Below are positions 1-12,187 of a stretch of 64,000 nt of DNA, piece by piece (position 1 is the stretch's first letter; every line of letters starts with the position of its first letter). The notes below the pieces were generated by a model, which was not told the origin of the DNA, did no database searches, and saw only the letters and a list, made by a program, of their open reading frames with translations. A program made the position numbers and the translations under genes. Origin of the DNA: Crassostrea angulata (taxonomy: Eukaryota); the NCBI RefSeq assembly GCF_025612915.1, contig NC_069116.1, forward strand, positions 6,090,123-6,154,122, read 5' to 3'.

Positions 1-576
1 CTAGAACACAACATGGAAGATCTAATGCACAACACAGAAAGTAGGTACACAGAACAGGAAACAAAAGACACAACACGGAGAGTTGTCCGGGGGTCTACAA
101 CCCCAGAGAGAGGCCAGGAAACACCCTAAATTAAAGGAAACAACACCACAACATCTGAGAGGGCCTTCAGGACACACCCTGCTGGTCAGACTTCACATAA
201 TGACACGTATCCATAGTATTTTATCAAAATGTAAATACTAAAATTCAATAGTTTCATGATTTTTTGTCCTCCTTTAATTAGCTAATCATTGAGAAACACT
301 GAGATAAAAAATTATCTTTTACTTCTTTAAAAAAAACCCGAAATTCTGGCAAAACGTATGGAACTAAATTTTTAAGATAATTTTCTCCAAAACTGACTTC
401 ATAAAATATTTTGAATACATGAAACAAAACTGCAGAAATTTACAGTTCATGTACTTTGTTTGATTAAATTTATTTGTGTCATTATATCAGAGTGTTAAGA
501 CATTCTGACAAACAGTGGAATGCCTGAGGTCCCCGGGAATCAGTTCACTACAGACAACTTGTACTGGTCTCCTTAC

Positions 577-657
577 TTGCAGACTTTACACTTGTAGCCC
601 AAAAACATTTGTTTGTGACAGAAGTCACAAGTTGTGATCTTAAATGTGTTTGATATC
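577..657 (-). CDS. KSR: KSR-like exon, start of the C1 (cysteine-rich, CA3) domain
   Basis: ccttccccag acceptor and GTAAGG donor on the - strand. Encodes (K)ISNTFKITTCDFCHKQMFLGYKCKVC(K), against the KSR1 C1 domain CNVCQKSMIFGVKCKHCR. The gene continues leftward beyond the window edge; the kinase domain is not in the window. Confidence 0.6.
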
Positions 658-3130
658 CTGGGGAAGGCCGAATAGAGAGAAAAAAAATTAATTCACATCA
701 GTTTATAAATATCTCTTCTTTCAAACAATAATTATGAAAAAAATTATCATATGATTTATGCAAAAAAAAAAAAATTCAAAGTATTTTTGATAAAGTTTCA
801 AACCTGTGGACACACTTTGGAGACCGCCCGGGAGGAATACTGAGATTACCTGAAACACATAAAAAGATGATCAGTAGAGGTCGTCATTGAATGGCTTGGT
901 CAGACATACCTACTGTCAGGATGTGAGGGCAAATTATGTGATGGGTAGGAGACCTCATTAAATAACTTGGAATTCCCCACTTACTGTCCAGACAAGAGGG
1001 AGAAGTCTGTGAGGGTGAGGGGTAGGGGTCCTCATTGGATGGCCTTCGAACCACGTGTGTATTTTCCAGTGTCAAATCTGGTCGTTTTCTTCGCCTGTTC
1101 GGGAATGCATAAAATTTATCATATATTTGTTGTAGTAAATGATAAAACTATGTAAAAAAAATAATGATATTTTTGATTTATTTTACTATCAAGATATTCT
1201 ACTAAAACTTTATTTTTTATGTGGATATTCTCTGAACTTGAAAATATAAACAACATGCAAATCCAATATGCATATTTGTCATATCGTACTGACAATTTGG
1301 TATAGCTTGTACTGACAATTTATTGTAGCTTGTACTGACAATTTGGTGATGATGACTTAATACATGTATCCTTAAACTACAGTAATTTTGTTCTGAGTAT
1401 GTGTGACTATGAATGATACAAATGTACTGTAAAGCATGGGGTTTTTTTTGCTGGTCATAAATTTGGCAACTTTCAGGTTTACCAATCATTTCGATGTATA
1501 TTAACTTGAAGATTTAAAATTTTTCCTATTACAAGCATATTTATGGTGTAATTTTCAAATTTGATTATTTGGCATTAACCATCCAAATAGATGAAATGTA
1601 GCTCCACAGAAAAACAAAATGCTATACAGTATATGTTGTTGTGCAATGTAAAAATGAGAAATAGAAGTAATACAAACACTTCTGTTTTCTACAATCAGTG
1701 TCAAAGAAACAGTTAAGTAAGGTTTCTACTCATAAAGCAATGTTAATACACATCATCATTATGTTAAAAACAAAAAGACTCATGAGCTTCAATTCTTTCT
1801 CATTAAGTTCTTAATGATTATGATGATATTTTATGGCCATTAAAAAATCAGAAACTTTGTTTGATCTTCTTATTAATATTAGTATACATAGAATACTGGT
1901 GCAATTTTTGAATAAAATTGAATCATTTCAAACCTCTGAACTTAAGACAATTAATATATTAATGATACAGGGTGAATGCCATGAACTTATAATGGCAATA
2001 ATTGAGACAGACACTGGGCTCTCTCAGTGATGTGATACAGAATACAAGGTGCTGTGTTTACTGTGATCAGCCCTCCTCTATTGTATTACACTGCAAGATG
2101 CCTCACTAGTGAATACACAGGTCTACTTATGCTAATTCTGACTTCTTATAGAGATATTAGTACCAGAGACGTTTTCTGATAGCTCACGTCTTCAGCAATG
2201 ATAGAAATAAAAACTCTCATTCAGTCATTCCACTTGCAACAGGCAGTAGACAGAACGACTAGAACTTGTTATCTCAAGCAAAACCAATATTATGGAGAGA
2301 AATTCTTAATTAAGTGAAACTTTTCAAGCAAAGTGTATTCAGGCAGCTTAAGTGCAGTTAACGTCCAAACAATAACCATTACAATCAATTTTGTAGAATC
2401 TAAAATCTGATCAAATTAAGCAGAAATGCTGACAATACATTTCTTCAGAGGTTAATTTGATTGAATCTAAATTTTAATTATCACAAAAAATGCAATAGTT
2501 CTATAGATCTAAAAAGCCAAACAGTTTAACAGAACAATCTGCGAGTTTTATGATTAATCAAGTAATATATATAAGAGAGTAGCAGAGGCAGCCATTCTTT
2601 GTTAGACACGCCTGTACTGGCAAAACACAGCACAGAAAACACTCACTCTTCCGAATAGGATTTAATCAGGGGTGGATGGGACGGTCTAGTAATTAAGTGT
2701 TTGTTAAATCTAAAAGACAAGAAAACACACCCAAATCAGCTCCGACGTGCAGCGCATTGTCGCAAAAATCATTTCTCCAGAAAACAAAAGTTTGATGTGC
2801 AATGATGAACAGTGGTCAAAATAAAATCATAAATAAACTATAGCGTCTTTGATAAAGAAACAAAAGCAAAAATATTTCTTTAATGTAGGCAACAATTTTG
2901 ACACCCTTTCACCATTAATATGTAAAAAAGAAATAAAAAAGCATGCAGGGATATAACTTTTACCAATCCAGACATAAGTATTATCATTGAAATTTTTTTC
3001 CCATTGCTTTGCTTTGACTACTACCTAAACTCCCCCAAAAATCTGTCAGCCTTAATTACAGTCTGACAAAAAACAAAACCCTGAATGTTGAGCAGAATTA
3101 GTGAGCAGTAGGCAGAGTAGAGGGTCGTAC

Positions 3131-3331
3131 TTGTTGATTCCGTCCACGTCGACCACTTTGATGTGGAGATTGGTGTGGAGGTTGGTGTAGGACTTGCTTG
3201 AGGTGATGGGGACCGCCGTAGAAGGGCTCTTGACCTTGATCCTACTGGGCGGGGGTGGGGTGCTTGGGATTCTGCTAGTCGTGTTGTGTTGTAAGGGTCG
3301 CGTTGTGGGAGGGGTGGCTGGAGGGGTGATT
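3131..3331 (-). CDS. KSR: KSR-like exon, CA2 proline-rich region
   Basis: ttttctttttcag acceptor. Encodes RITPPATPPTTRPLQHNTTSRIPSTPPPPSRIKVKSPSTAVPITSSKSYTNLHTNLHIKVVDVDGIN(K), against KSR1 [34 protein letters not shown] donor chosen because it gives phase 2, which is required by the next exon. The 3' boundary is the least certain. Confidence 0.55.
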
Positions 3332-3788
3332 CTGAAAAAGAAAACAACAGTAGCTATTGAATTCATCACAACATGACTTCATTTTATGGTCTTGTACATG
3401 GCAAGCTGTATCATTCACATTTTGATATAGACTAGACGGTCTGAAGAAACTACCACTCCTTGTGCCATTCAGTATGCATAATTCTTCACTTTTTGATATA
3501 GTATAAGGTGTTCCACATTATAGCAATTAATCATGAAAAGAAAAACTTGTATCTGACATGACTTATTTCATTTTCAGTTAATTTCCTTTTTTCAATTTGA
3601 AAAAAAACAACATCTCATTCTTATATTTTTGTTTTGTTTAATGTGAATGCAAAATATATGGTTCTTTTGACATAATCCTAGATTGGATGTCATTAGAAAT
3701 ACTGGTACATGATTCAGAAGTGAATATAAACCATGTCAATTTATTTTGTTAATCTTCTCATGGGAATTATTCTAGTTACATCATGAAT

Positions 3789-3816
3789 AATTATACAATT
3801 CAATTCAATTCAATTC
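3789..3816. repeat. (CAATT)n microsatellite, about 5 units
   Basis: caattcaattcaattcaattc read directly. Confidence 0.8.
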
Positions 3817-3924
3817 TTTATTTCTTTAAGCTTTACAGCTTATCAGTATAACATATGTATAACATGAGGTGGTAGTGTATTTACAGGAGAACTTGTGCAC
3901 ATACAGATAATAACATTTATACAT

Positions 3925-4282
3925 ATATATTTTACATTTGCAAATATGCTTCCTAATATGAACCTATAGTATAGCAAGACGTTGAATTCTGAGTGAACTT
4001 TTTCATGACGTCACAATGATTACCCCACACCCTTATCGCTTGTCAGTTGCATTATTGTAAACATTCAAAATACCATTATTTAAATAATTCTGAATCGTTT
4101 TCCTTTTTCAAACGTAAATATAAGTAATAAACAGTAATGTTAAAAGCTCGCTGGGATATGAACTTAGTTGGTACATGATCAAATCTTCTGAGAAGCCCTT
4201 CAAGCTTCACAGGATTTGATCATGTGACCAACAGAGTTCACATCCCTGTGAACTTTTTAACTTGCTGTTTATTTCTTATCAT
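3925..4282. repeat. Dispersed about 350 bp repeat, family B, copy 1
   Basis: About 80% identical to 46728-47060. Shared landmarks: ttgcaaatatgcttcc...atgaacc..., the CRE-like tgacgtcacaatgat, caaacgtaaatataagtaataaacag and caggatttgatcatgtgaccaac...gctgtttatttct. Confidence 0.7.
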
Positions 4283-4638
4283 AATAAATACTGTAGAAGC
4301 AGAAATATTCGTTGAGGATTTAATTTCGTTATTTTCGTTGGCAATATAAATCAACGAAATTAAATCCATGACGAATTTTTAACCCTGGTATTAATGAATA
4401 CAAAAAGATTACGATATGACGAAATTAAATGCCAACGAAATCTTGTTTGGTTTAAAAACAACGAAATTTTGACCCAACGAAAATATATGTTTCTACAGTA
4501 TATATTTTCTTAAATGAGGATTTTTTTTCATGATCTACAAGTGTGATGTCAAAAGATCATACCAGTGATCAATAGAGACAATTTCAAACATGCCTGTACA
4601 ACTTTAATGCATGAGGTCAGAGGAAACCAAGGACTCAC

Positions 4639-4849
4639 CTGTTTTGTCTTTCCTGGTGGACCGGTGATGGAGATGAGGGGGTGCTGTGTGGAGGGGTGGG
4701 GAGGAGCTGAGAGGTCTCCGATGACGTGGAGGGACGGCCTGATGAAGGGTTGTTGGGGGAGCTGTTGTAGGGACTACTGGAAGGTGACCGGTAGCGCGTC
4801 CAGTGAAGCTCAATGTCACTCTCCCCCAGACCACCATGCAGCTCTCTCC
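4639..4849 (-). CDS. KSR: KSR-like exon, Ser/Pro-rich linker
   Basis: ctttgaccttcag acceptor and GTGAGT donor on the - strand. In the frame forced by phase it encodes (G)RELHGGLGESDIELHWTRYRSPSSSPYNSSPNNPSSGRPSTSSETSQLLPTPPHSTPSSPSPVHQERQN, against KSR1 KVTGLGGEHKMDSGWSS... GC-rich block. Confidence 0.6.
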
Positions 4850-5550
4850 CTGAAGGTCAAAGCACAGAGAACCAAATCATTTCATCATATTACATGGATT
4901 CAGTACAGTAAAACACAGCTATAGTGAACGCTTATAATGAATTTACACTTACAATAAAGTCAGTTTCATTCCAAAAATTTTAAAAGGCATTTTAATATTT
5001 CGATATCATAAAGAATGAAGTAAAATTGATTGTTGCTGGCTTCTTGCTAAAAGCATTTTTCAAAGTTTGATTCAAACTCAAATCATAAAGCCATTAAAAT
5101 TATTTTGGCATTGGTGATTCTTTTCCCTGCATGCTTAATTAATCTGTACCATTTGGTTGTGTACAGTGGATTCTTTCATCGTCCAATGAAAATTATATCC
5201 TTGAAAACTAATCATTCACCTGCTTTAAAAAGCATTTGTGTGCCTCTGATTCAAATCATACACTAATTTCAAACCCGAAAAGATTTTTTGACCACAATGG
5301 CCTCCAAATTGGCTATGTAACAAACCAAGAATTTTTTTTTAGAAAAAGAGGTTGGCGGGAGACAGAGTCAAAAAGCGGTAGACTTTCACGCAAATCAGTA
5401 GTGTTAACATGTATGAATTCTGCTTATAGTCATAAATCACTTACATTTTCCCCGAATTTTTCATAATACATGTACCATATTAAAATTTTTTGGACAGTCC
5501 ATATTTTAGTTTTTAAAAGATCTTATTAGCGACTGGACAAAAGAAGTTAC

Positions 5551-5695
5551 CGGTCCATATTTTGAGGTTCCGTAGGGCGGTGTTTAGTTTGGTGATGTCA
5601 TCTTCTGCAGTGTTTAATCGCTGGAGAAGACTCTGCACCTCTTCCTCTGTCATCTCCAGCAGTGTCCCTAACTTGATATCTCGCTTCAGGATCTC
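5551..5695 (-). CDS. KSR: KSR-like exon, SAM part 2
   Basis: ctgtttag acceptor. Encodes EILKRDIKLGTLLEMTEEEVQSLLQRLNTAEDDITKLNTALRNLKIWT(G), against KSR1 [25 protein letters not shown]...RLQYALTCLRKVTG. GTAACT donor, phase 1. Confidence 0.65.
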
Positions 5696-7362
5696 CTAAA
5701 CAGGTCAATGACACAGTTATTCTTATGCTTCCCAAATCACAGAAATAAAACATGTGGAAACAAGGAAATACAGGCCTACCTATCACAATGATATTAGATC
5801 CTATAGCATTTTATATTTAGTCTAAACATGTACGCTGAATACCCATCACCTATCATTAACATTACAAATCATATTATAACTGACAAGGATTTGGGGGATT
5901 TCAATAATCTTCATATCATGCATTGTCAGAAATATATGGCCATTCTCCAACCATCTTTGATTACATGTGCCCTATATTGGATCTTTTCTAATTTCTGCTA
6001 TGACCACTAGTTGTATTACTGTAGTTACTTGAATTATAGAAATATAGAGGACATCCATCAAATTAACAACAGGCAGACATAGACTTAGGAAGGAGTCAAG
6101 ATATGGAAGTTCCTTATAGAAAAAAATCAAACAACAAAAAACTGAGGGGAAATCCCTGGACCTCTACAATAAATGTCCTGATGATGTAATTTTTTGTTAT
6201 TCCTTTGAAGTTTTGATAAAAAAAATCCCCAGCAACAGGAGACACTTGAGAGTAGCTCTACATACTCCCACTTTACTCAGCAATGTGAGGATACGGCAGT
6301 CTCAGAAACCTAATCTCACTCTCAGGTCCAAATTCTCTTCCTGATTTTGCTAAGAGGAAACTACTTTTATCAGTCTCTATATGTAGTAAAATGGGTATCG
6401 GGACTAATAGATTAGGTACACCCCCTCCCATGTACAAACATGTTCAGAGGGATAAACCTGTCCGCAGTGAATTACTAATCAATAAAAAAATAAAGACTTT
6501 TGTGATATTTTTGACATTTAGTGGAATATGGTACAAAAGTAAAATTGGGGCAAGAATCTAAAATATAAATTAGAAAATCACAAAGATATTCCCTGTTACT
6601 AATTTAATTGTATGTATTGCATAAAAATACAGAGGTTTTATTACATCCAGAGAGATCCAGACTTATTTTATAGTGCAAGGGATCCCTAACATGTGAAAAT
6701 AGTGTTTATTTATAGTCCCATGTTGTGTTCATAAATTATGACATCAAAGTAAGAAATATTAATCACCCAATCATTAACTACAGACGTGTTGGTGAGTCAT
6801 TGGGGGATTCCCCTGCCGTCAAGGTAAGCATGTCTTCTCCATAAATGATGCAATCTATTGCATAACCATTGTGTCAAAGACAATCAAGGATCACTCACAC
6901 AGGTGGAGTCTATGTCACAAAACAAAAAAACGCAGGGGCCAGAAAAAGAATCATGTGTGTAAACACAAGAATCATTTCTTGGGTCTTTTTTGTGTAAATA
7001 TTAATGTGTTTGATTGTAAGGGGGTGGAGGAGTGGGTGGAGAGGTTAATTGTGCTATGTCTACTAGCTTCTTTGATAATAAAGATACATTTACAGTGTTT
7101 TACAGTTTATCTACTTATATATAAATTATCATTATTAACAGCCTCCCACATACTGATTATTGTCATATCAGTTAAATCAGTAAACACTCCTAAGAAAAGT
7201 AAGCACCATTTCTTCAATGGTAGAAAAGTTTTTATTACGTGTTTATGATATCAAATGCTATGTCAACAATTTTATTTGAAATGATTTGATGCACAAAATG
7301 TTTTTAGTTTCTAAAAATCTCTGAAACAACTCATTTTTTCATATCATTTCATAAAGTTTTAA

Positions 7363-7387
7363 CCCCCTCCCCCCCCCCCCCCCCCCC
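7363..7387. repeat. Poly-C homopolymer tract, (C)5 T (C)19
   Basis: Direct reading of the sequence. Confidence 0.95.
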
Positions 7388-7454
7388 TTAAAGAGAGATG
7401 ACTTAATCGGGTTTCACATAAAGATATCAGTGTATAGGAATATTCCACACATAG

Positions 7455-8292
7455 GTATCAGCTTCTCTTAAGCATCCTAACATAGATATCTGTTTACAGA
7501 ATGATTCCTGACATAGATATAAGTTTATAGGAAGATTCCTAACATAGATATAAGTTTACAGGAAGATTCCTAAAATAGATATGTTTAGGCTAACATAGAC
7601 ATCAGTTTATAGGAAGATTCCTAACATAGATATAAGTTTATAGGAAGATTCCTAAAATAGATTTAAGTTTATAGTTTAAATAGTTTATAGTAAGATTCCT
7701 AACATATGGTACATAAATACCAGTAAGTTTATAGGAAGATTCCTAACATAGATATAAGTTTATACTAGAAAGCTTCCTAATATAAATGACAGTTTATAGG
7801 AAGATTCCTAACATAGATATAAGTTTATACTAGGAAGATTCCTAACATAGATATAAGTTTATACTAGAAAGCTTCCTAATATAAATATCAGTTTATAGGA
7901 AGATTCCTAACATAGATATAAGTTTATACTAGGAAGATTCCTAACATAGATATAAGTTTATACTAGGAAGATTCCTAACATAGATATAAGTTTATACTAG
8001 GAAGATTCCTAACATAGATATAAGTTTATACTAGGAAGATTCCTAACATAGATATAAGTTTATACTAGGAAGATTCCTAACATAGATATAAGTTTATACT
8101 AGAAAGCTTCCTAATATAAATATCAGTTTATAGGAAGATTCCTAACATAGATATAAGTTTATACTAGGAAGATTCCTTACATAGATATAAGTTTATACTA
8201 GGAAGATTCCTAACATAGATATAAGTTTATACTAGGAAGATTCCTAACATAGATATAAGTTTATACTAGGAAGATTCCTAACATATATATCA
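7455..8292. repeat. 37 bp minisatellite, about 22 units
   Basis: Unit ctaggaagattcctaacatagatataagtttata(ct) with variants (ctagaaagcttcctaatataaatatcagtttata), period 37 nt. Confidence 0.9.
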
Positions 8293-8336
8293 CTTTGGAC
8301 TAAATCTGTTAATGTGATGTGCTAGAGACCACAAAC

Positions 8337-8477
8337 CTGTACAGCATTCTCTGGTAGCCCGACCACGGTCAGCCATTGGTCAGTCTTGGGATAACCAGAT
8401 AGCTTCTCCTGAGTGTGCTGGGGGTCAGCTTTGGTGGTTTGAACCAACTGTTTACTGAACAATTTCAGCAGCTTACT
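8337..8477 (-). CDS. KSR: KSR-like exon, CA1 coiled-coil/SAM part 1
   Basis: tttaatttcag acceptor and GTTTGT donor on the - strand. Encodes SKLLKLFSKQLVQTTKADPQHTQEKLSGYPKTDQWLTVVGLPENAVQ, against KSR1 AKLVRYICKQ...[23 protein letters not shown]. Phase 0 to 0. Confidence 0.7.
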
Positions 8478-8635
8478 CTGAAATTAAAGAACACAGACAA
8501 TTTTTAATGTCAAATACAGGGGGTTTATCATTTAAAATACAACGTATAGGGTTGATGATTGTACATAGGACTGGTACTAAATGAGGTTTTCTTTAAATCT
8601 TGCCCACAAGCTTTTCTCTAAGTCAGCATACCAGA

Positions 8636-8800
8636 AATACATACAGAAATTCAAGCAGTATTATAGTAAACTCTCATGATTTTATTATTTGCATGAATTT
8701 TTGCAAAATTTTATATTAAAAAAAACCACTTAAATAGGTTGGAGTGATGAATAGGGCGAGGCCAGGAAAAAAAGTATCAACCTAATTTCCAAAAAATATG
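8636..8800. repeat. Dispersed repeat family C, copy 1
   Basis: gaattcaagcagtattatagtaaac...tttgcaaaattt...aagtatcaacctaatttccaaaaaatatggtactaatt is similar to 45723-45890. A short inverted fragment also lies at about 44860-44905. Confidence 0.6.
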
Positions 8801-10938
8801 GTACTAATTAACACATCAACAAACACATATTGATAGTTAGTGATGCTTTTTTATTTCTGAACAAATTGCTCTGGTTTTTTTATAGATGGCCTAAGAAGGA
8901 ATAAAGGGTGTGTTATGTTGAACGACTGCCCTGACTAAGTGTAAGAAATCCTGTTTTGTTTATTGTTCTTTCACAAAGAGAACTTTCTCCCTTTTGAAGT
9001 TCATCAGACCCCCGATCTTTTCCCCTCCTACGTTGTTCTAATTTTTTCTCTCCAACAAGTCGACTGATTTCTTCTATAATCACACTCAATAATCCCTCCT
9101 GTTGTACAATGTTATCACATATTCTGTGATGCTGTTATTTACACGAAAAACCAGAATACATGGAAACTCTCACACTGCAGAGTGTGAACAGCGTAAATTA
9201 ATTGACCACAAACAAAGAATCTGTGTTCTGATTTCTAAAACACTTCACACATTCTTCTGCTGACAAACTTGGCTTATTTGTTGTATGTTATAGAAACCAT
9301 TATAGGTTTTGTTGATTTTTACAAATCTGATTTTTTTTTCACCTAAGAAGTGTCATAGTGAATTATGCTGTTGTCACTATAAATAAAAAAAATATTGTTT
9401 TGCTTTTATTCCCCTGTATGAGTATGGTACATGTATAAATATTAAAATAATCATATCCAAAGTCTTATCACATGACAGGTAACAGAGAAATGTTAAATGG
9501 TTACTCATGTGTGCCATCTTTTGTTTATTTGGAATTCCTGTCTATGGAATGCGAAGAATGTGTCATTTAAATATCAGCTACAAAGTGAGCTGCCCTCAAA
9601 AGCCCACACAACTCAGGTGTTGTAATACCTGGGTCAAAATAACAATGCATGCAATTGGAGATCTCTTCTTCTTATATTTCTATAAGTTTAATTTGAAAAG
9701 ATCTAAGAAAGCATGTGAAATATTTCTAATTTCAAAATTATTAGCAAGATCCCTATTGAATGGTCATTTGGTGCATCAAGGGAATTTTACATTCAAATTT
9801 AACATTAATGAATTAAGCATTGATCTAATGGAATGCAATAAACAGGCTTTCAGAAAATAGATACATGTATTCTGATTTGAAAAAGTGGACATTAGAAGGT
9901 GGTATATCCCTTGGAACAGTTCAGTCTGCACACAACCACCTGCAGCCTGCACCTGCTATTGTGTGCTGGAATAGGCAGCATCAGCCGTATCACAGATTTG
10001 TTTTGGCAACTCTAGTGTGTTACCACTGTGCTACTATTGTTCCAAAAACAAAACTATTCAAAACATTAAAAAATTCTGAAATAAATCATCTGTGTCATAT
10101 ATACTGCCATTTCTTTCTATTAACCATTCATTGATAATGTAAAAAATGCGCGTATCAAATGTTCTCATCGCTGTTAAAATATTTCATTTTTAATTAATAA
10201 TTTGATTTATAGTTCTATTAATTTATATTTATCAATTAGCTGTGCTGCTCAAATTAAAGTTGTGAGACAAGCTAAACTTAATTAAACATATGGTTGCTAG
10301 TATCAATTTTCCAGGTAGATAACACTTCAATGCAATTAACACACATTAAAAACTTCTTAAATGATGAGAGACATTTAATACTATCATGTCAATTACACTG
10401 TTTTAATTTTTACAAAATAAAAATAAAAATTTTTGATTGTGTGAATCTTTTTAATACATGATTCAAACTTACCGAGATGGTTACAGGATTAAATGAAAAC
10501 AACTTATGTGGAAATGTTGTGACTAGGTCTTGTACTCATGCAGTCGACATAATGACATCATTACAGAAGGACTACATATATATAAGACTTACAAGTCCCT
10601 TAACCTTATGTCAATTAAGATAAGATTCTGTCAATATATCTAGCCTTGCATTTAATTTTGTGTTTGATATGACATATGATAATAATTAATACAACGTACT
10701 AGCTATAAAAGAAATTTACTAAGCCCCAAAACTGCATCTGCTTCTACATGCATATGTAATATTAATATTACATGCATGTGTAGTAAGCTTTTACATAAGG
10801 CCCCTCAATTGGCCATCCTCTGTAGAAGTTTAATACTCAAAGTTAATTTTATATCATTCATCATTACATTATTAAGAGTTATCTTAATACTATGCAATGG
10901 AATAAATGAAAATCATGAGTGTAAATGAAATGATCAAT

Positions 10939-11316
10939 AAATGAAAATGTTAACACAATTAATAATTGACTTTTGAGAAAACAATAGTATGTTACCTGAA
11001 TGTTTACAAAGTGGGTGTGCCAAAATTTTATTTTCTTTTTCATAAGGTTAAAATTTGGCACATTTTCTTTATCAATTCTTAAAACATCAATAAGTCAATA
11101 TGTAAATATGATTATTTAGGCAAATAGTAAGTAAGTAAATCATTTATGATAGTGACATGGGTTTCAATTGAGCATATACACATTGAAATATAACATATAT
11201 TGTCACACCCGGCCCATCAAACCTATATGTCACTGTTTTTAATTTTAATACAAATATTAAAGTCAGCATGAAAGTTTGGTTTGTCTTATCCTGAAAGCTT
11301 TAAATATGAATTGAGC
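10939..11316. repeat. 378 bp segment, copy 1 of a local direct duplication
   Basis: Near-identical (one mismatch seen) to 11539-11916. The copies are separated by about 220 bp that includes the (AT)35 run. Confidence 0.85.
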
Positions 11317-11466
11317 AAATAATAATAAGATCCTTTTCTTTAAACAATCCTCGTTCAGGCAACAATTTTATTGTTATGCAATATTTTAAACAAGAAAAAG
11401 TAAGAATATATATTAGTTATTCCATGAGAATTGAAAGAATTACATTTTCTTAAGTTTGTAAAATTG

Positions 11467-11468
<2 letters not shown>

Positions 11469-11538
<70 letters not shown>
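11469..11538. repeat. (AT)35 microsatellite
   Basis: Perfect AT dinucleotide run of about 70 nt. Confidence 0.95.
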
Positions 11539-11542
<4 letters not shown>

Positions 11543-11916
11543 GAAAATGTTAACACAATTAATAATTGACTTTTGAGAAAACAACAGTATGTTACCTGAA
11601 TGTTTACAAAGTGGGTGTGCCAAAATTTTATTTTCTTTTTCATAAGGTTAAAATTTGGCACATTTTCTTTATCAATTCTTAAAACATCAATAAGTCAATA
11701 TGTAAATATGATTATTTAGGCAAATAGTAAGTAAGTAAATCATTTATGATAGTGACATGGGTTTCAATTGAGCATATACACATTGAAATATAACATATAT
11801 TGTCACACCCGGCCCATCAAACCTATATGTCACTGTTTTTAATTTTAATACAAATATTAAAGTCAGCATGAAAGTTTGGTTTGTCTTATCCTGAAAGCTT
11901 TAAATATGAATTGAGC
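11539..11916. repeat. 378 bp segment, copy 2 of the local direct duplication
   Basis: See copy 1. Starts immediately after the (AT)n tract. Confidence 0.85.
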
Positions 11917-12187
11917 TTTTGCTTTTGTTATATATATATATTAGTTATTGCATCAAAATAAACCACCTGTCATGATACAGCAAAATACAGCAGTTTTAGA
12001 AATCTACATAAGAGATATTAATCTCGTTTGACTAGTTGTATCAACAATGTTATTAATGATAAAAGAATTAATAATTATGTCATACAACTACTTGTGCATT
12101 CACACTCCAAAACAGCACAATTTCTTATAATTTACACATAGTGCTACATCTATGCCTTGTTAGCTTACTGTAACTTTTATTGCTCAC

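Noticed and set aside
876-1080. Three about 65-70 bp-spaced copies of g(t)agg(a/g)g(a/g)(c/t)c(c/g)tcatt(r)aat(r)gc(t/c)t(g/t)g, and the 24 bp triplicate gtactgacaatttggtatagctt at 1290-1350
   Set aside because: These are real short tandem repeats, but small and without further context. They are not listed as separate features.
3021-3369. Two overlapping - strand ORFs (105 and 108 aa) suggesting a stand-alone Pro-rich gene
   Set aside because: Only the part upstream of the donor at 3125-3130, read in the frame ITPPATPP...TPPPPSR, is used as a KSR exon. The downstream ORF extensions (...LLCLLLTNSAQH*) are intronic read-through.
4565-4924. 119 aa + strand ORF (Gly/Trp/Cys-rich), and the 60 aa + strand ORF at 3194-3376
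   Set aside because: They are antisense to the KSR-like Pro/Ser-rich exons. Canonical splice sites and protein similarity exist only on the - strand.
5511-5550. Continuation of the SAM-exon frame to a TAA stop (…GNFFCPVANKIF*), suggesting a short protein ending here
   Set aside because: The GTAACT donor after ...KIWT(G) yields the phase required by the downstream KSR exons, and the continuation has no KSR similarity. An alternative short isoform cannot be excluded.
10879-11661. Two - strand ORFs (60 and 73 aa) with identical N-termini MPNFNLMKKKIKFWHTHFVNIQVTY
   Set aside because: They are copies of the same sequence inside the 378 bp duplication. The second runs into the (AT)n tract (IYIYIY...), so they are not credible proteins.
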